Of a DNA stretch of 44,552 nucleotides, positions 36,056 through 43,269 are shown piece by piece. Both the position numbers and the translations under genes were made by a program. The stretch spans positions 1 to 44,552 of the forward strand of contig CAYSAC010000003.1 in the NCBI GenBank assembly GCA_964428815.1, in the 5' to 3' direction. The notes below the pieces were generated by a model that worked only from the letters and a program-made list of their open reading frames with translations, did no database searches and was not told the origin of the DNA. Origin of the DNA: an uncultured Acidimicrobiaceae bacterium (GTDB taxonomy: Bacteria; Actinomycetota; Acidimicrobiia; Acidimicrobiales; CAYSAC01). The stretch's first letter is position 1. Each line of letters starts with the position of its first letter.

Positions 36056-36128
36056 CGCCGGAGTGTATGACGACCCGTCAGATCCGGCCCAAGGGCGGTG
36101 GTCGGGCGCTGTGGGAGCATTCGGCGCT

Positions 36129-37526
36129 GTGGAGCGACTGAGCGGCCTCGACGCGAGCTACCTCTACACGGAGTCGCCGTCGCTGCACATGCACACGCTG
36201 AAGATCAGCATCCTCGACGTCAGCGAGGTGCCGGGCGGCTACAGCTTCGAGCGGGTGAAGGAGGTCCTGGCCGAGCACCTCCATCTGCTGCCGCCGTTCC
36301 GCCGCCGGTTCGTGCCTGTGCCCTTGTCGCTGCACCACCCCGTGTGGGTCGAGGACGCGGGGTTCGACATCGACAACCACGTGCGGCGCACGACCGCTCC
36401 CGCGCCCGGTGGCCCGCGCGAGCTGGACGCGGTGATCTCCGACATCGCGTCGACACCGCTCGACCGATCCCGGCCGCTCTGGGAGGTCTGGGTGGTAGAG
36501 GGTCTCGAGGACGGCCAGGTCGGCTTCGTCGGCAAGATCCACCACACCGCGGCGGACGGGGTCGCGGCATCGGCTCTGCTCGCCAACGTCATGCGCCTCG
36601 AGCCTGGCGAGCTGCACCCGGACCCGCCGTCGCGACCGTGGTGGCCGCAGCCCATCCCAGGCGCGCGGCGCCTCGTGCTGGACGCGCTGCGCGACCTCGT
36701 CCTCATGCTCGTCCGGCTGCCCGCGCTCATCTACGAGACGGCCAAGAAGGTGCGGCGCGTCGTCCAAGTGCGGCGCGAGGCCGACACCGACGACCTGCCG
36801 CCCGGTGCCTTCGCGGGGCCGAGGACCTCGTTCAACCAGGGACTGACCCCGCGCCGGGCGTTCGGGTCGATCACGTTGCCGCTCGAGGAGTTCAAGCAGG
36901 TCAAGACCGCGTTCGGTGTGACCATCAACGACGTCGTGCTGACCGTCGTCGCCGGGTCGGTGCGCGAGTACCTCATCGGGCGGGGCGAGTCTCATGAGAC
37001 GCCGCTCGTCGCGGCCGTGCCGGTGTCATCCGACGCGCCGGGGACCGTGCGGCTGCTCGGCAACAAGGTGTCGAACATGTTCACCGCGCTGCGCACCGAC
37101 ATCGACGACCCGGTGGAGCGGCTGCTGGCGACGAGCAGGGTCACCTCGACGGCGAAGGACCTGCAGAACGCGCTCGGCGTCGAGACGATGGAGCAGTGGG
37201 TCGAGTACACGCCGCCGAAGCCCTATGCCTGGCTGTGGCACCGCTTCGTCCCCCGCCTCAAGCGGCCGCCGATCAACTGCATCGTGTCGAACGTGCCGGG
37301 CCCGAAGCAGCCGCTGTACATCGCCGGCGCGCGCATGACGGGCCTGTTCAGCGTCGGCCCGATCCTCGAGGGCGTCGGCCTCAACGTGACCGTGTGGAGC
37401 TACCTCGACAACATGAACTTCTCGGCGATCTGCTGCCCCGACACGTTGCCGGACGTGCACGCGATCACCGAGGGCCTGCGCCACGCGCTCGACGACCTCG
37501 TCAAGGCCGCGGCAGCGCAGCCCTAG
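36129..37526 (+). CDS. Wax ester synthase/diacylglycerol acyltransferase (WS/DGAT), second paralog
   Basis: HHTAADGVAA (HHxxxDG). I chose GTG at 36129 because VERLSGLDASYLYTESP aligns with MQRLKGMDASFLYMETP of the paralog. NVPGPKQPLYIAGA. Confidence 0.9.
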   Translation: MERLSGLDASYLYTESPSLHMHTLKISILDVSEVPGGYSFERVKEVLAEHLHLLPPFRRRFVPVPLSLHHPVWVEDAGFDIDNHVRRTTAPAPGGPRELDAVISDIASTPLDRSRPLWEVWVVEGLEDGQVGFVGKIHHTAADGVAASALLANVMRLEPGELHPDPPSRPWWPQPIPGARRLVLDALRDLVLMLVRLPALIYETAKKVRRVVQVRREADTDDLPPGAFAGPRTSFNQGLTPRRAFGSITLPLEEFKQVKTAFGVTINDVVLTVVAGSVREYLIGRGESHETPLVAAVPVSSDAPGTVRLLGNKVSNMFTALRTDIDDPVERLLATSRVTSTAKDLQNALGVETMEQWVEYTPPKPYAWLWHRFVPRLKRPPINCIVSNVPGPKQPLYIAGARMTGLFSVGPILEGVGLNVTVWSYLDNMNFSAICCPDTLPDVHAITEGLRHALDDLVKAAAAQP

Positions 37527-37532
37527 GGACGC

Positions 37533-38486
37533 CTACTTGCCGAAGCGGTACGTGCCGAACTGAGCGTCCATGCGGGCGTCCTGGCCCGACGTCAGCGAGT
37601 CCATGCAGCTGTCGTAGGTGTAGTCCATGAAGTTGCGGATCGGGTCGACGCCACCGCCCGCGCAGGTATCTCGCCCGACCGGGCAGCCGAAGGCTGGCGA
37701 TCGCTCTGGCGCGGTGTCGGTCACGAGATCGTTCTGCTTGGAGCAACCGCCCTGGAACGTGTGGTAGAGCCCCATCCAGTGCCCGACCTCGTGGGTGGCG
37801 GTGTCACCCTCGTCGTAGTTCGTCGCCGCGCCGCCGGGGAGCGAGGAGTAGAGGACCACGACGCCGTCGTCCTTGGGGCGCGAGGCGTACGACGCCGGGA
37901 ACGTCGCCCAGCCGAGCAGGTCCTGGCCGAGGTTCGCGGTGTAGATGTTCAGGTCGTCGGCGGTCCCTTGGCGCAGCGCGTTCTTCATCTGCGCCTCGGT
38001 CGAGGTGCTGGGGTTGAGCGCGAACCAGGACGCGTTGGTCGTTCGGTCGGTGGCGACCAGCTGGAAGCTCCAACCAGTGCCGGCGAAGGCGCTGTTCAGC
38101 ACGCTCATCTGCGCGACGACCATCTGGTCCGACACGTCGCCAGCCGTCCCGGCGCCGTTGTTGATGACGTGGAAGTACACGCTGATGGTGCCGCCAGCCG
38201 GGGGCGGTGTGCCGCCGCCTCCGCCGCCGCCACCGGGCTTGCCGTTGGACGCCGAGCCCGACCGGGCCAGCTCGGCGCGGTAGGCGGCCTCGACGTGGGG
38301 TTCCTTGACCTTGCCGTTCTTGGAGCGGGCGTAGTCGGACGGACTGGCCTCGTCGTGCAGCTCGTCGCAGTGCTGGTCGCTCTCGACCGCCGGCGCCTCG
38401 AGCTCGCTCGAGCTCACCGATCCGGGGACGAGCCCCATGAGGCCCAACGTCGCGACCCCGACCATCATCACGCGTGCCCGCCGCAT
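37533..38486 (-). CDS. Secreted zinc metalloprotease, M43 (pappalysin/ulilysin-like) family
   Basis: Signal peptide [19 protein letters not shown]. Zinc site [13 protein letters not shown] (HExxHxxGxxH). A Gly8/Pro-rich linker separates the pro-region from the catalytic domain. Confidence 0.8.
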   Translation of the reverse strand: MRRARVMMVGVATLGLMGLVPGSVSSSELEAPAVESDQHCDELHDEASPSDYARSKNGKVKEPHVEAAYRAELARSGSASNGKPGGGGGGGGTPPPAGGTISVYFHVINNGAGTAGDVSDQMVVAQMSVLNSAFAGTGWSFQLVATDRTTNASWFALNPSTSTEAQMKNALRQGTADDLNIYTANLGQDLLGWATFPASYASRPKDDGVVVLYSSLPGGAATNYDEGDTATHEVGHWMGLYHTFQGGCSKQNDLVTDTAPERSPAFGCPVGRDTCAGGGVDPIRNFMDYTYDSCMDSLTSGQDARMDAQFGTYRFGK

Positions 38487-38527
38487 GCTGCCCTCCGCCC
38501 GCTCGTGTTGGCAGAAGGGTACCGCTA

Positions 38528-38857
38528 TTAGTCGTCGTCGCCTGCGCCCTCGTTCTCCTCGTCGGCTTCGTCGCCGACCACCGCGAACGACTCGTCGAGC
38601 TGGACGTCGACCTGGCTGCCGTCGTCGAGGGTGACCTCGACCTCGTAGTAGCTCTCCTCGTCTCCGACCTCGGTCTCGGAGACGGTGCCGCCCCCGGTGT
38701 GCGCCAGCGCCGCGGCCGAGGCCTTGTCAAGCGCGGACCCGCCGATCGGGCCCTCGGAGTCGTCGGAGCCGCCGGCGACGGCGATGGTCGTGCCGGCGGC
38801 TCCGGCGACGACGACGAGGGTTGCTGCTGCGAGGGTGAGCTTGGTGCGTCGGTTCAT
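38528..38857 (-). CDS. PepSY domain-containing secreted or anchored protein with an acidic tail
   Basis: ATG at 38857 ([19 protein letters not shown]). PepSY-like core [43 protein letters not shown]-terminal D/E-rich tail. Confidence 0.65.
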   Translation of the reverse strand: MNRRTKLTLAAATLVVVAGAAGTTIAVAGGSDDSEGPIGGSALDKASAAALAHTGGGTVSETEVGDEESYYEVEVTLDDGSQVDVQLDESFAVVGDEADEENEGAGDDD

Positions 38858-38896
38858 GGTTCCATCGTGCACCATCACGCCTGAACCCCTCCTGAC

Positions 38897-39682
38897 TCAG
38901 GTGCCAGGGGTGAAGGAGCGCAGTTCAACCCGTGCCACGCCGCCCGCCACCTTCTCCTCGAGCACCAGGCCGATGCCGGGGGCGTAGTGCTTGAGCTCGA
39001 TGGTCTCAGGGGCCAGCGGCGTCCAGTCCCTGGTGGTGACGAGGTCGGCGATGGGCTTGCCGTCCACGACCTCGGTGGCGCCGACGGCGATGATCTCCGC
39101 CATGTCCTCGGCCTCACCGGCGTAGAACTCCTGGCGGAAGGCGTCCCCGACCTTCGGGGCAGCCGGCATGACGATGCCGGGCAAGGCGCCGTCAACACCC
39201 GCCTCCCACGCGCCCTCGGTGCTCACGACCTTGCCGTTCTCGAACTCCTCGGTCGCCTCGCCGAGATACCAAACGGCGCCGTCGCTGTCCTGCGCGAACC
39301 AGTCGAAGGTGTCCTCGACCAGCTCGCCGTTGATGGTGACCGTGTCGCGCACCACAAGCGCGGAGATGCCGAGGATCATCTTGCGCTCGTCGGTCACGAC
39401 GACCTCGATCCGCTCGGTCTCGCCGTCGGACGTGCCCTCGTACACCCAGCGCGAGCCGGGGAGCAGCGGCATGAAGGGATTGTCGATGGTGTCCACGAAG
39501 TCGGCTGGATCGAGGACCGGCTTGTAGTCGCCCCCGTCGCCGGGGTCGATGACGGGAGCGACGGTGGTGGACGTCGTCGTGGGCGCGTCAGCGGTCGTGC
39601 TGGGCGAGTCGGAGCCGCAGGCCGCCGCGAGCGAGGCGGCGAGGGCGAGGGCGATGGCGGTGCGGGCGGAGGCGCGGTGCAT
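38897..39682 (-). CDS. Lipoprotein of unknown function
   Basis: Signal peptide with lipobox LAAAC, a Thr/Pro-rich linker, then about 200 aa of globular-looking sequence with no motif I recognise. Confidence 0.6.
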   Translation of the reverse strand: MHRASARTAIALALAASLAAACGSDSPSTTADAPTTTSTTVAPVIDPGDGGDYKPVLDPADFVDTIDNPFMPLLPGSRWVYEGTSDGETERIEVVVTDERKMILGISALVVRDTVTINGELVEDTFDWFAQDSDGAVWYLGEATEEFENGKVVSTEGAWEAGVDGALPGIVMPAAPKVGDAFRQEFYAGEAEDMAEIIAVGATEVVDGKPIADLVTTRDWTPLAPETIELKHYAPGIGLVLEEKVAGGVARVELRSFTPGT

Positions 39683-39737
39683 GACGGCAAGGCTGCGCCG
39701 CGGTGGCTGACCGCTACCTGACCGCCAGCCGACGGCA

Positions 39738-39759
39738 GTTCAGCACGGGTTCAGGCGGG
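39738..39759 (+). promoter_or_regulatory. Two tandem 11-nt direct repeat units (GTTCAGCACGG GTTCAGGCGGG); candidate OmpR/PhoB-type binding site
   Basis: The repeats have exact 11-nt periodicity and lie in the 128-bp divergent region, ending 51 nt upstream of the response-regulator ATG. A second pair (CTGACCGC at 39707 and 39718) also has an 11-nt period. Confidence 0.35.
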
Positions 39760-39810
39760 GTCGCCCACGATCCGCCAGCCACTGCGACACTGGAAACGCT
39801 CGAGGACGCC

Positions 39811-40479
39811 ATGAAGCTGCTGCTGGTCGAAGACGACGAGAAGATTGCCAATGCGGTGGCGCGCGGGCTGCGCGCCGAGGGCTTCACGGTGGAGGTCGCG
39901 GCCGACGGTGACGACGGCCTGTGGAAGGCGACCGAGGGCGCGTACGACCTCATCGTGCTCGACATCATGCTGCCGCGACGCAACGGCTACCAGGTGTGCG
40001 CCGATCTGCGGGCGGCGGGGGACTGGACGCCGATCCTCATGCTCACAGCCAAGGATGGTGACCTCGACGAGGCCGAGGCCCTCGACACGGGAGCCGACGA
40101 CTTCTTGTCCAAGCCGTTCTCGTTCCCGGTGCTCGTCGCGCGCGTGCGGGCGCTGCTGCGGCGGACCGGCGGGCGCGCGCCAGTCCCGCTGGAGGCCGGC
40201 ACGGTGCGCATCGACCCCGGCGAGCGTCGTGCGTGGGCCGGCGGCGAGGAGGTCGCGCTGACGGCGCGCGAGTTCGACCTGCTGGAGTTCTTCGTGCGGC
40301 GCGCTGGGCAGGTGGTCTCGAAGGACGAGATCCTGGCCGGGGTCTGGGACGACGACTTCGATGGCGACCCGAACATCGTCGAGGTGTACGTCGGCCGCAT
40401 CCGTCGCAAGCTCGGTGACCCGGCGGGGCATCCGATCGAGACGCTGCGGGGCGCGGGCTACCGGATGGTCAGCCCGTGA
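39811..40479 (+). CDS. OmpR/PhoB-family response regulator
   Basis: ATG at 39811 (MKLLLVEDDEKI). LIVLDIMLP, MLTAK, and the winged-helix C-terminus LTAREFDLLEFF ... VEVYVGRIRRKL ... TLRGAGY. Confidence 0.9.
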   Translation: MKLLLVEDDEKIANAVARGLRAEGFTVEVAADGDDGLWKATEGAYDLIVLDIMLPRRNGYQVCADLRAAGDWTPILMLTAKDGDLDEAEALDTGADDFLSKPFSFPVLVARVRALLRRTGGRAPVPLEAGTVRIDPGERRAWAGGEEVALTAREFDLLEFFVRRAGQVVSKDEILAGVWDDDFDGDPNIVEVYVGRIRRKLGDPAGHPIETLRGAGYRMVSP

Positions 40480-41828
40480 GGCGGTTCGCGACGCTGCGGT
40501 TTCGCATCACCGCGCTCGCCACCGTCGTTGTGGTCGTCGTGCTCGTGCTGGCCGGCGCCGGTGTCGTCGCCGCTCAGAAGCGCTCGCTCACCGAGGACCT
40601 CAACGAGAACTTGTCCCAAGCAGCGGCCAACATCGAAGCCGCGATCGAGGGCGGCCAGGTGCCCAAGGTGCTCGGCGGCTTCGGCGATGACGACGCGCTG
40701 GCGCAAATCGTCGCGGCGGATGGCGAGGTGCTCGCGGCGACGCCGAACGTGCCCCCCGGCGAAGCCCTCGCTCCCTTCCCCCCGAAGGATCGGACCGAGG
40801 TGCTCCGAACCGTCGAGCGAACTGCGCCGGTCGAGGGGACCTTCCGGGTCGCGTCGCGAACCGTGGCCACACCCGACGGCGTGCTGACGGTGCACGTCGC
40901 CGGCACGCTCGACGACATCGAGGACAGCGCCCGTGCCCTCGTCTCCGCGCTGACGGTCGCCATCCCTCTCGTGGCCGTGCTCATGGCCGGGCTGGTCTGG
41001 TGGCTGGTCGGTCGCACCCTCCGACCCGTCGAGGCGATCCGGGCCGAGGTCGCCGACATCGGCGGGTCCGACCTCCACCGGCGCGTCCCCGAGCCGCCGG
41101 GCGGCGACGAGATCGCCGGCCTCGCCCGCACGATGAACGAGATGCTCGACCGGCTCGACGAAGCGGCGCGGCGCCAGCAGCGGTTCGTAGCCGACGCGTC
41201 GCACGAGCTGCGGGGGCCGTTGACCAGGATCCGCTCGGAGCTCGAGGTCGACCTCGCCTACCCCGAAGGTGCGGACCTCGCCGCGACCCACCGCAGCATG
41301 CTCGAGGAGGCCGACGGACTGCAGCGCCTCGTCGCCGATCTCCTCGCGCTCGCCCGCAGCGACGCCGGTGCGCTGGTCACCCCCCGCGATCCCGTCGCGC
41401 TCGACGACGTTGCGCGGCGTGTCGCGGCCGAGCTGCCGACCCGCGATGGCGTGCGGGTCGATGTCGCTGCTGCCGCCCCGGTGGAGGTCGCGGGCGATGC
41501 CGACCAGCTGGCCCGCGCCATCAGGAACATCGCCGAGAACGCGGTGCGCCACGCCAGCTCGGTCGTCACGATGGCGGTCGCCAGCGACGGTGGCGACGCG
41601 GTGCTCAGCGTCGAGGACGACGGGCCCGGCATCCCACCCGACGAGCGCGAGCGGGTCTTCGAGCGCTTCGCCCGCCTGGACGAGTCCCGCACCGGAGCTA
41701 CCGGCGGCGCCGGGCTCGGCCTCGCCATCGCGCGCGACATCGCCACCGGCCACGGCGGCACCCTCACCGTCGAACCCGGCGAGGGCTCCGGCGCTCGCCT
41801 CGTCCTGCGCCTGCCCGCCCGGCGATGA
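40476..41828 (+). CDS. Sensor histidine kinase (2 TM, HAMP, HisKA, HATPase_c)
   Basis: The GTG overlaps the RR stop (GTGA). H-box FVADASHELRGPL, N-box NIAENAVRHA, G-boxes DDGPGI and GGAGLGLAI. Confidence 0.9.
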   Translation: MRRFATLRFRITALATVVVVVVLVLAGAGVVAAQKRSLTEDLNENLSQAAANIEAAIEGGQVPKVLGGFGDDDALAQIVAADGEVLAATPNVPPGEALAPFPPKDRTEVLRTVERTAPVEGTFRVASRTVATPDGVLTVHVAGTLDDIEDSARALVSALTVAIPLVAVLMAGLVWWLVGRTLRPVEAIRAEVADIGGSDLHRRVPEPPGGDEIAGLARTMNEMLDRLDEAARRQQRFVADASHELRGPLTRIRSELEVDLAYPEGADLAATHRSMLEEADGLQRLVADLLALARSDAGALVTPRDPVALDDVARRVAAELPTRDGVRVDVAAAAPVEVAGDADQLARAIRNIAENAVRHASSVVTMAVASDGGDAVLSVEDDGPGIPPDERERVFERFARLDESRTGATGGAGLGLAIARDIATGHGGTLTVEPGEGSGARLVLRLPARR

Positions 41829-42112
41829 CCCGCTCGGACTCGGTCCTGGACTGGTTCTTCAGGAGTCGGACGACCGGACGGCTCGCCATCGTCCAGCTCC
41901 CGAACTTTCCATTGGTGATCTACTTGGCGGCCACCACGTTTCGACTAGCGCTCCATCCAAGCGGCACGTTCGGTGGAGCAGTGACGGCGATCGCGGGTGT
42001 GAGCCTGGCCTGGTGGTCGGTCGATGAGATCGTGCGGGGCGAGAGCCCGTTCCGCAGACTTCTCGGAGGGGTCGTCCTCGTCGGACTCGCTCTGAACCTG
42101 CTGATGCGTTGA
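41825..42112 (+). CDS. Small (95 aa) membrane protein, translationally coupled to the histidine kinase
   Basis: The ATG overlaps the HK TGA (ATGA). It has two to three hydrophobic helices and GC3-rich codons. No recognisable family. Confidence 0.5.
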   Translation: MTRSDSVLDWFFRSRTTGRLAIVQLPNFPLVIYLAATTFRLALHPSGTFGGAVTAIAGVSLAWWSVDEIVRGESPFRRLLGGVVLVGLALNLLMR

Positions 42113-42152
42113 TCGCGCTGAGGGCGCCAACGGTAGGGTTCCTCCACTCCCC

Positions 42153-42229
42153 GGGGACGTAGCTCAGCTGGCTAGAGCACCTGCTTTGCAAGCAGGGGGT
42201 CGTGGGTTCGAGTCCCATCGTCTCCACCA
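42153..42229 (+). tRNA. tRNA-Ala (anticodon UGC), CCA encoded
   Basis: The cloverleaf folds by hand: acceptor GGGGACG/CGTCTCC with the G3:U70 Ala identity pair, D-arm GCTC/GAGC, anticodon stem CCTGC/GCAGG with loop TTTGCAA, T-arm GTGGG-TTCGAGT-CCCAT, discriminator A, then CCA at 42227-42229. Confidence 0.95.
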
Positions 42230-42286
42230 GAAAAGCCCTGGTCAGCGCCGTTGTTTCGACCACGATCGAACGTCAAAGCGCCCGTC

Positions 42287-42319
42287 GTGACCTTGGCGTG
42301 ACCTAAGCGTGACCTAACG
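42287..42319. repeat. Three tandem 11-bp direct repeats (GTGACCTTGGC GTGACCTAAGC GTGACCTAACG)
   Basis: Read directly from the sequence. The core CGTGACCT recurs with an exact 11-bp period, 58 nt downstream of the tRNA-Ala 3' end, in a non-coding stretch of lower GC. Confidence 0.7.
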
Positions 42320-42556
42320 AGGACGGCACGAGCCGTCATCAGGCACCCCTCCGGAGCACGAGGCGGCATGCCGATCTCGCACCCCCGGGCGCGCATCTGC
42401 GCGTGATCGAGACGCGCCACGCCGGCGAGCCCGGCAGTGTGGCGGGGTTGCTGCCCGAGTTCCCGGATCTCGATGTGGCGGACTTGAGCGCGGCAGCGAG
42501 CGGGGCCAGGACCGACCTCAGCGCGACGTGAGAGCGCGATGCATCTGACAAGGGAC

Positions 42557-43003
42557 TCAAGAAGAGCCGCGGCGCGGTCGGCCGCGCATCGTCGAATCAG
42601 CACGCGGGCTCCCGTGGACTGATTCCGCTGCGGCCTGGAGTGCCTGCTCGACCGCGATCCCGTGGGCGGCGGCCATCCGATGTATCGCCTCCGCGACGAA
42701 CGCCTCTCTGCTCATGTCGAGGCAATGTGCGCCATACGTGATCAGGGCGTCCGCCTCGGGTTCGACGTTCAGTGGTCGGGGGAGCGGGACGACCTTGCGC
42801 ACATGGGCGATCGGGAGCGCGATGGTCGTCGCCTCGGCCACCACGTAGCTGCTGAGCTCGGGCTCGAGAGTCACCACTACGCGCCGTCCCGCTTGGGGAC
42901 CGTAAACCTCGGCGACGCGCCCGCGGATCTCGGTGGAACCCCACGGGATCATGACTTCGTCGTCGTAGTGCAGTTCGATGTTGATCAACGGGGCCGACCT
43001 CAT
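42557..43003 (-). CDS. Hypothetical protein (148 aa)
   Basis: Its composition looks more like protein than the antisense ORF at 42662..43252. The N-terminal half looks like a small beta-rich domain. The C-terminal segment LDMSREAFVAEAIHRMAAAHG is faintly similar to a ribbon-helix-helix helix. No firm family assignment. Confidence 0.45.
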   Translation of the reverse strand: MRSAPLINIELHYDDEVMIPWGSTEIRGRVAEVYGPQAGRRVVVTLEPELSSYVVAEATTIALPIAHVRKVVPLPRPLNVEPEADALITYGAHCLDMSREAFVAEAIHRMAAAHGIAVEQALQAAAESVHGSPRADSTMRGRPRRGSS

Positions 43004-43201
43004 CGCTTCACTGTTGCCGCGCCGACGTCATCGCACCGACGCCTTTCGCCCGCCAGCAGCTCGGGACCGGGTCCGGGAGGTTCGCGGTCTCGGCGACGGG
43101 CGGACGCTCATGAGGAAGCGAGTCGGGTCGAAGCTGTCGGCGCAACCGGCGTGACGCCGGCCGGAGCCGGGGAATCGCTCGAACGTCACGAGTTTCGTGC
43201 G

Positions 43202-43235
43202 TGCATGATTCTGCACACGGTGCACTATTCTGCTC
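43202..43235 (+). promoter_or_regulatory. Direct/inverted repeat cluster upstream of the MNT gene (TGCATGATTCTGCAC ... TGCACTATTCTGCTC); candidate operator
   Basis: Two 15-nt units match at 12 of 15 positions with a 19-nt period. A palindrome TGCAC-acg-GTGCA (43212-43224) is embedded. The cluster sits in a local patch of about 53% GC, 35-68 nt upstream of the ATG at 43270. Confidence 0.3.
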
Positions 43236-43269
43236 GACGTACGGTATTGTGAACGGCGAGGTGGTTAGC

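Noticed and set aside
36066-36080. TGACG-acc-CGTCA palindrome in the FadD / WS/DGAT-2 divergent region, considered as a TetR/FadR-type operator.
   Set aside because: It has only 5-bp arms and there is no regulator gene nearby. I cannot distinguish it from chance without comparative data.
38205-38240. Simple GCC/GCG repeat tract, considered as a possible repeat array or CRISPR-like feature.
   Set aside because: It lies inside a well-supported CDS and encodes a Gly/Pro linker. There is no spacer/repeat organisation. I found no CRISPR-like arrays anywhere in the window.
42134-42139. TAGGGT as a -10 element (TANNNT) for tRNA-Ala, 13 nt upstream of the mature 5' end.
   Set aside because: It is plausible, but a single hexamer match with no recognisable -35 is too weak to report as a feature.
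42172-42603. 143-aa minus-strand ORF overlapping tRNA-Ala and the 11-bp repeat region.
   Set aside because: It overlaps a confidently folded tRNA. Its sequence is Arg/Ala-rich and low-complexity, and it has no RBS or motif support.
43146-43160. Short palindrome CCGGCG-tga-CGCCGG, followed by CCGGAGCCGG, in the divergent region upstream of the MNT gene.
   Set aside because: Six-bp GC palindromes are frequent by chance at this GC content. It has no positional relation to a start or stop codon.
42662-43252. 196-aa plus-strand ORF opposite the 148-aa hypothetical gene.
   Set aside because: Its composition (His/Arg/Gly/Asp-rich with Ser/Gly/Pro runs) looks less like protein than the minus-strand frame does. 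It would also run through the putative MNT promoter. I kept the minus-strand ORF, at low confidence.
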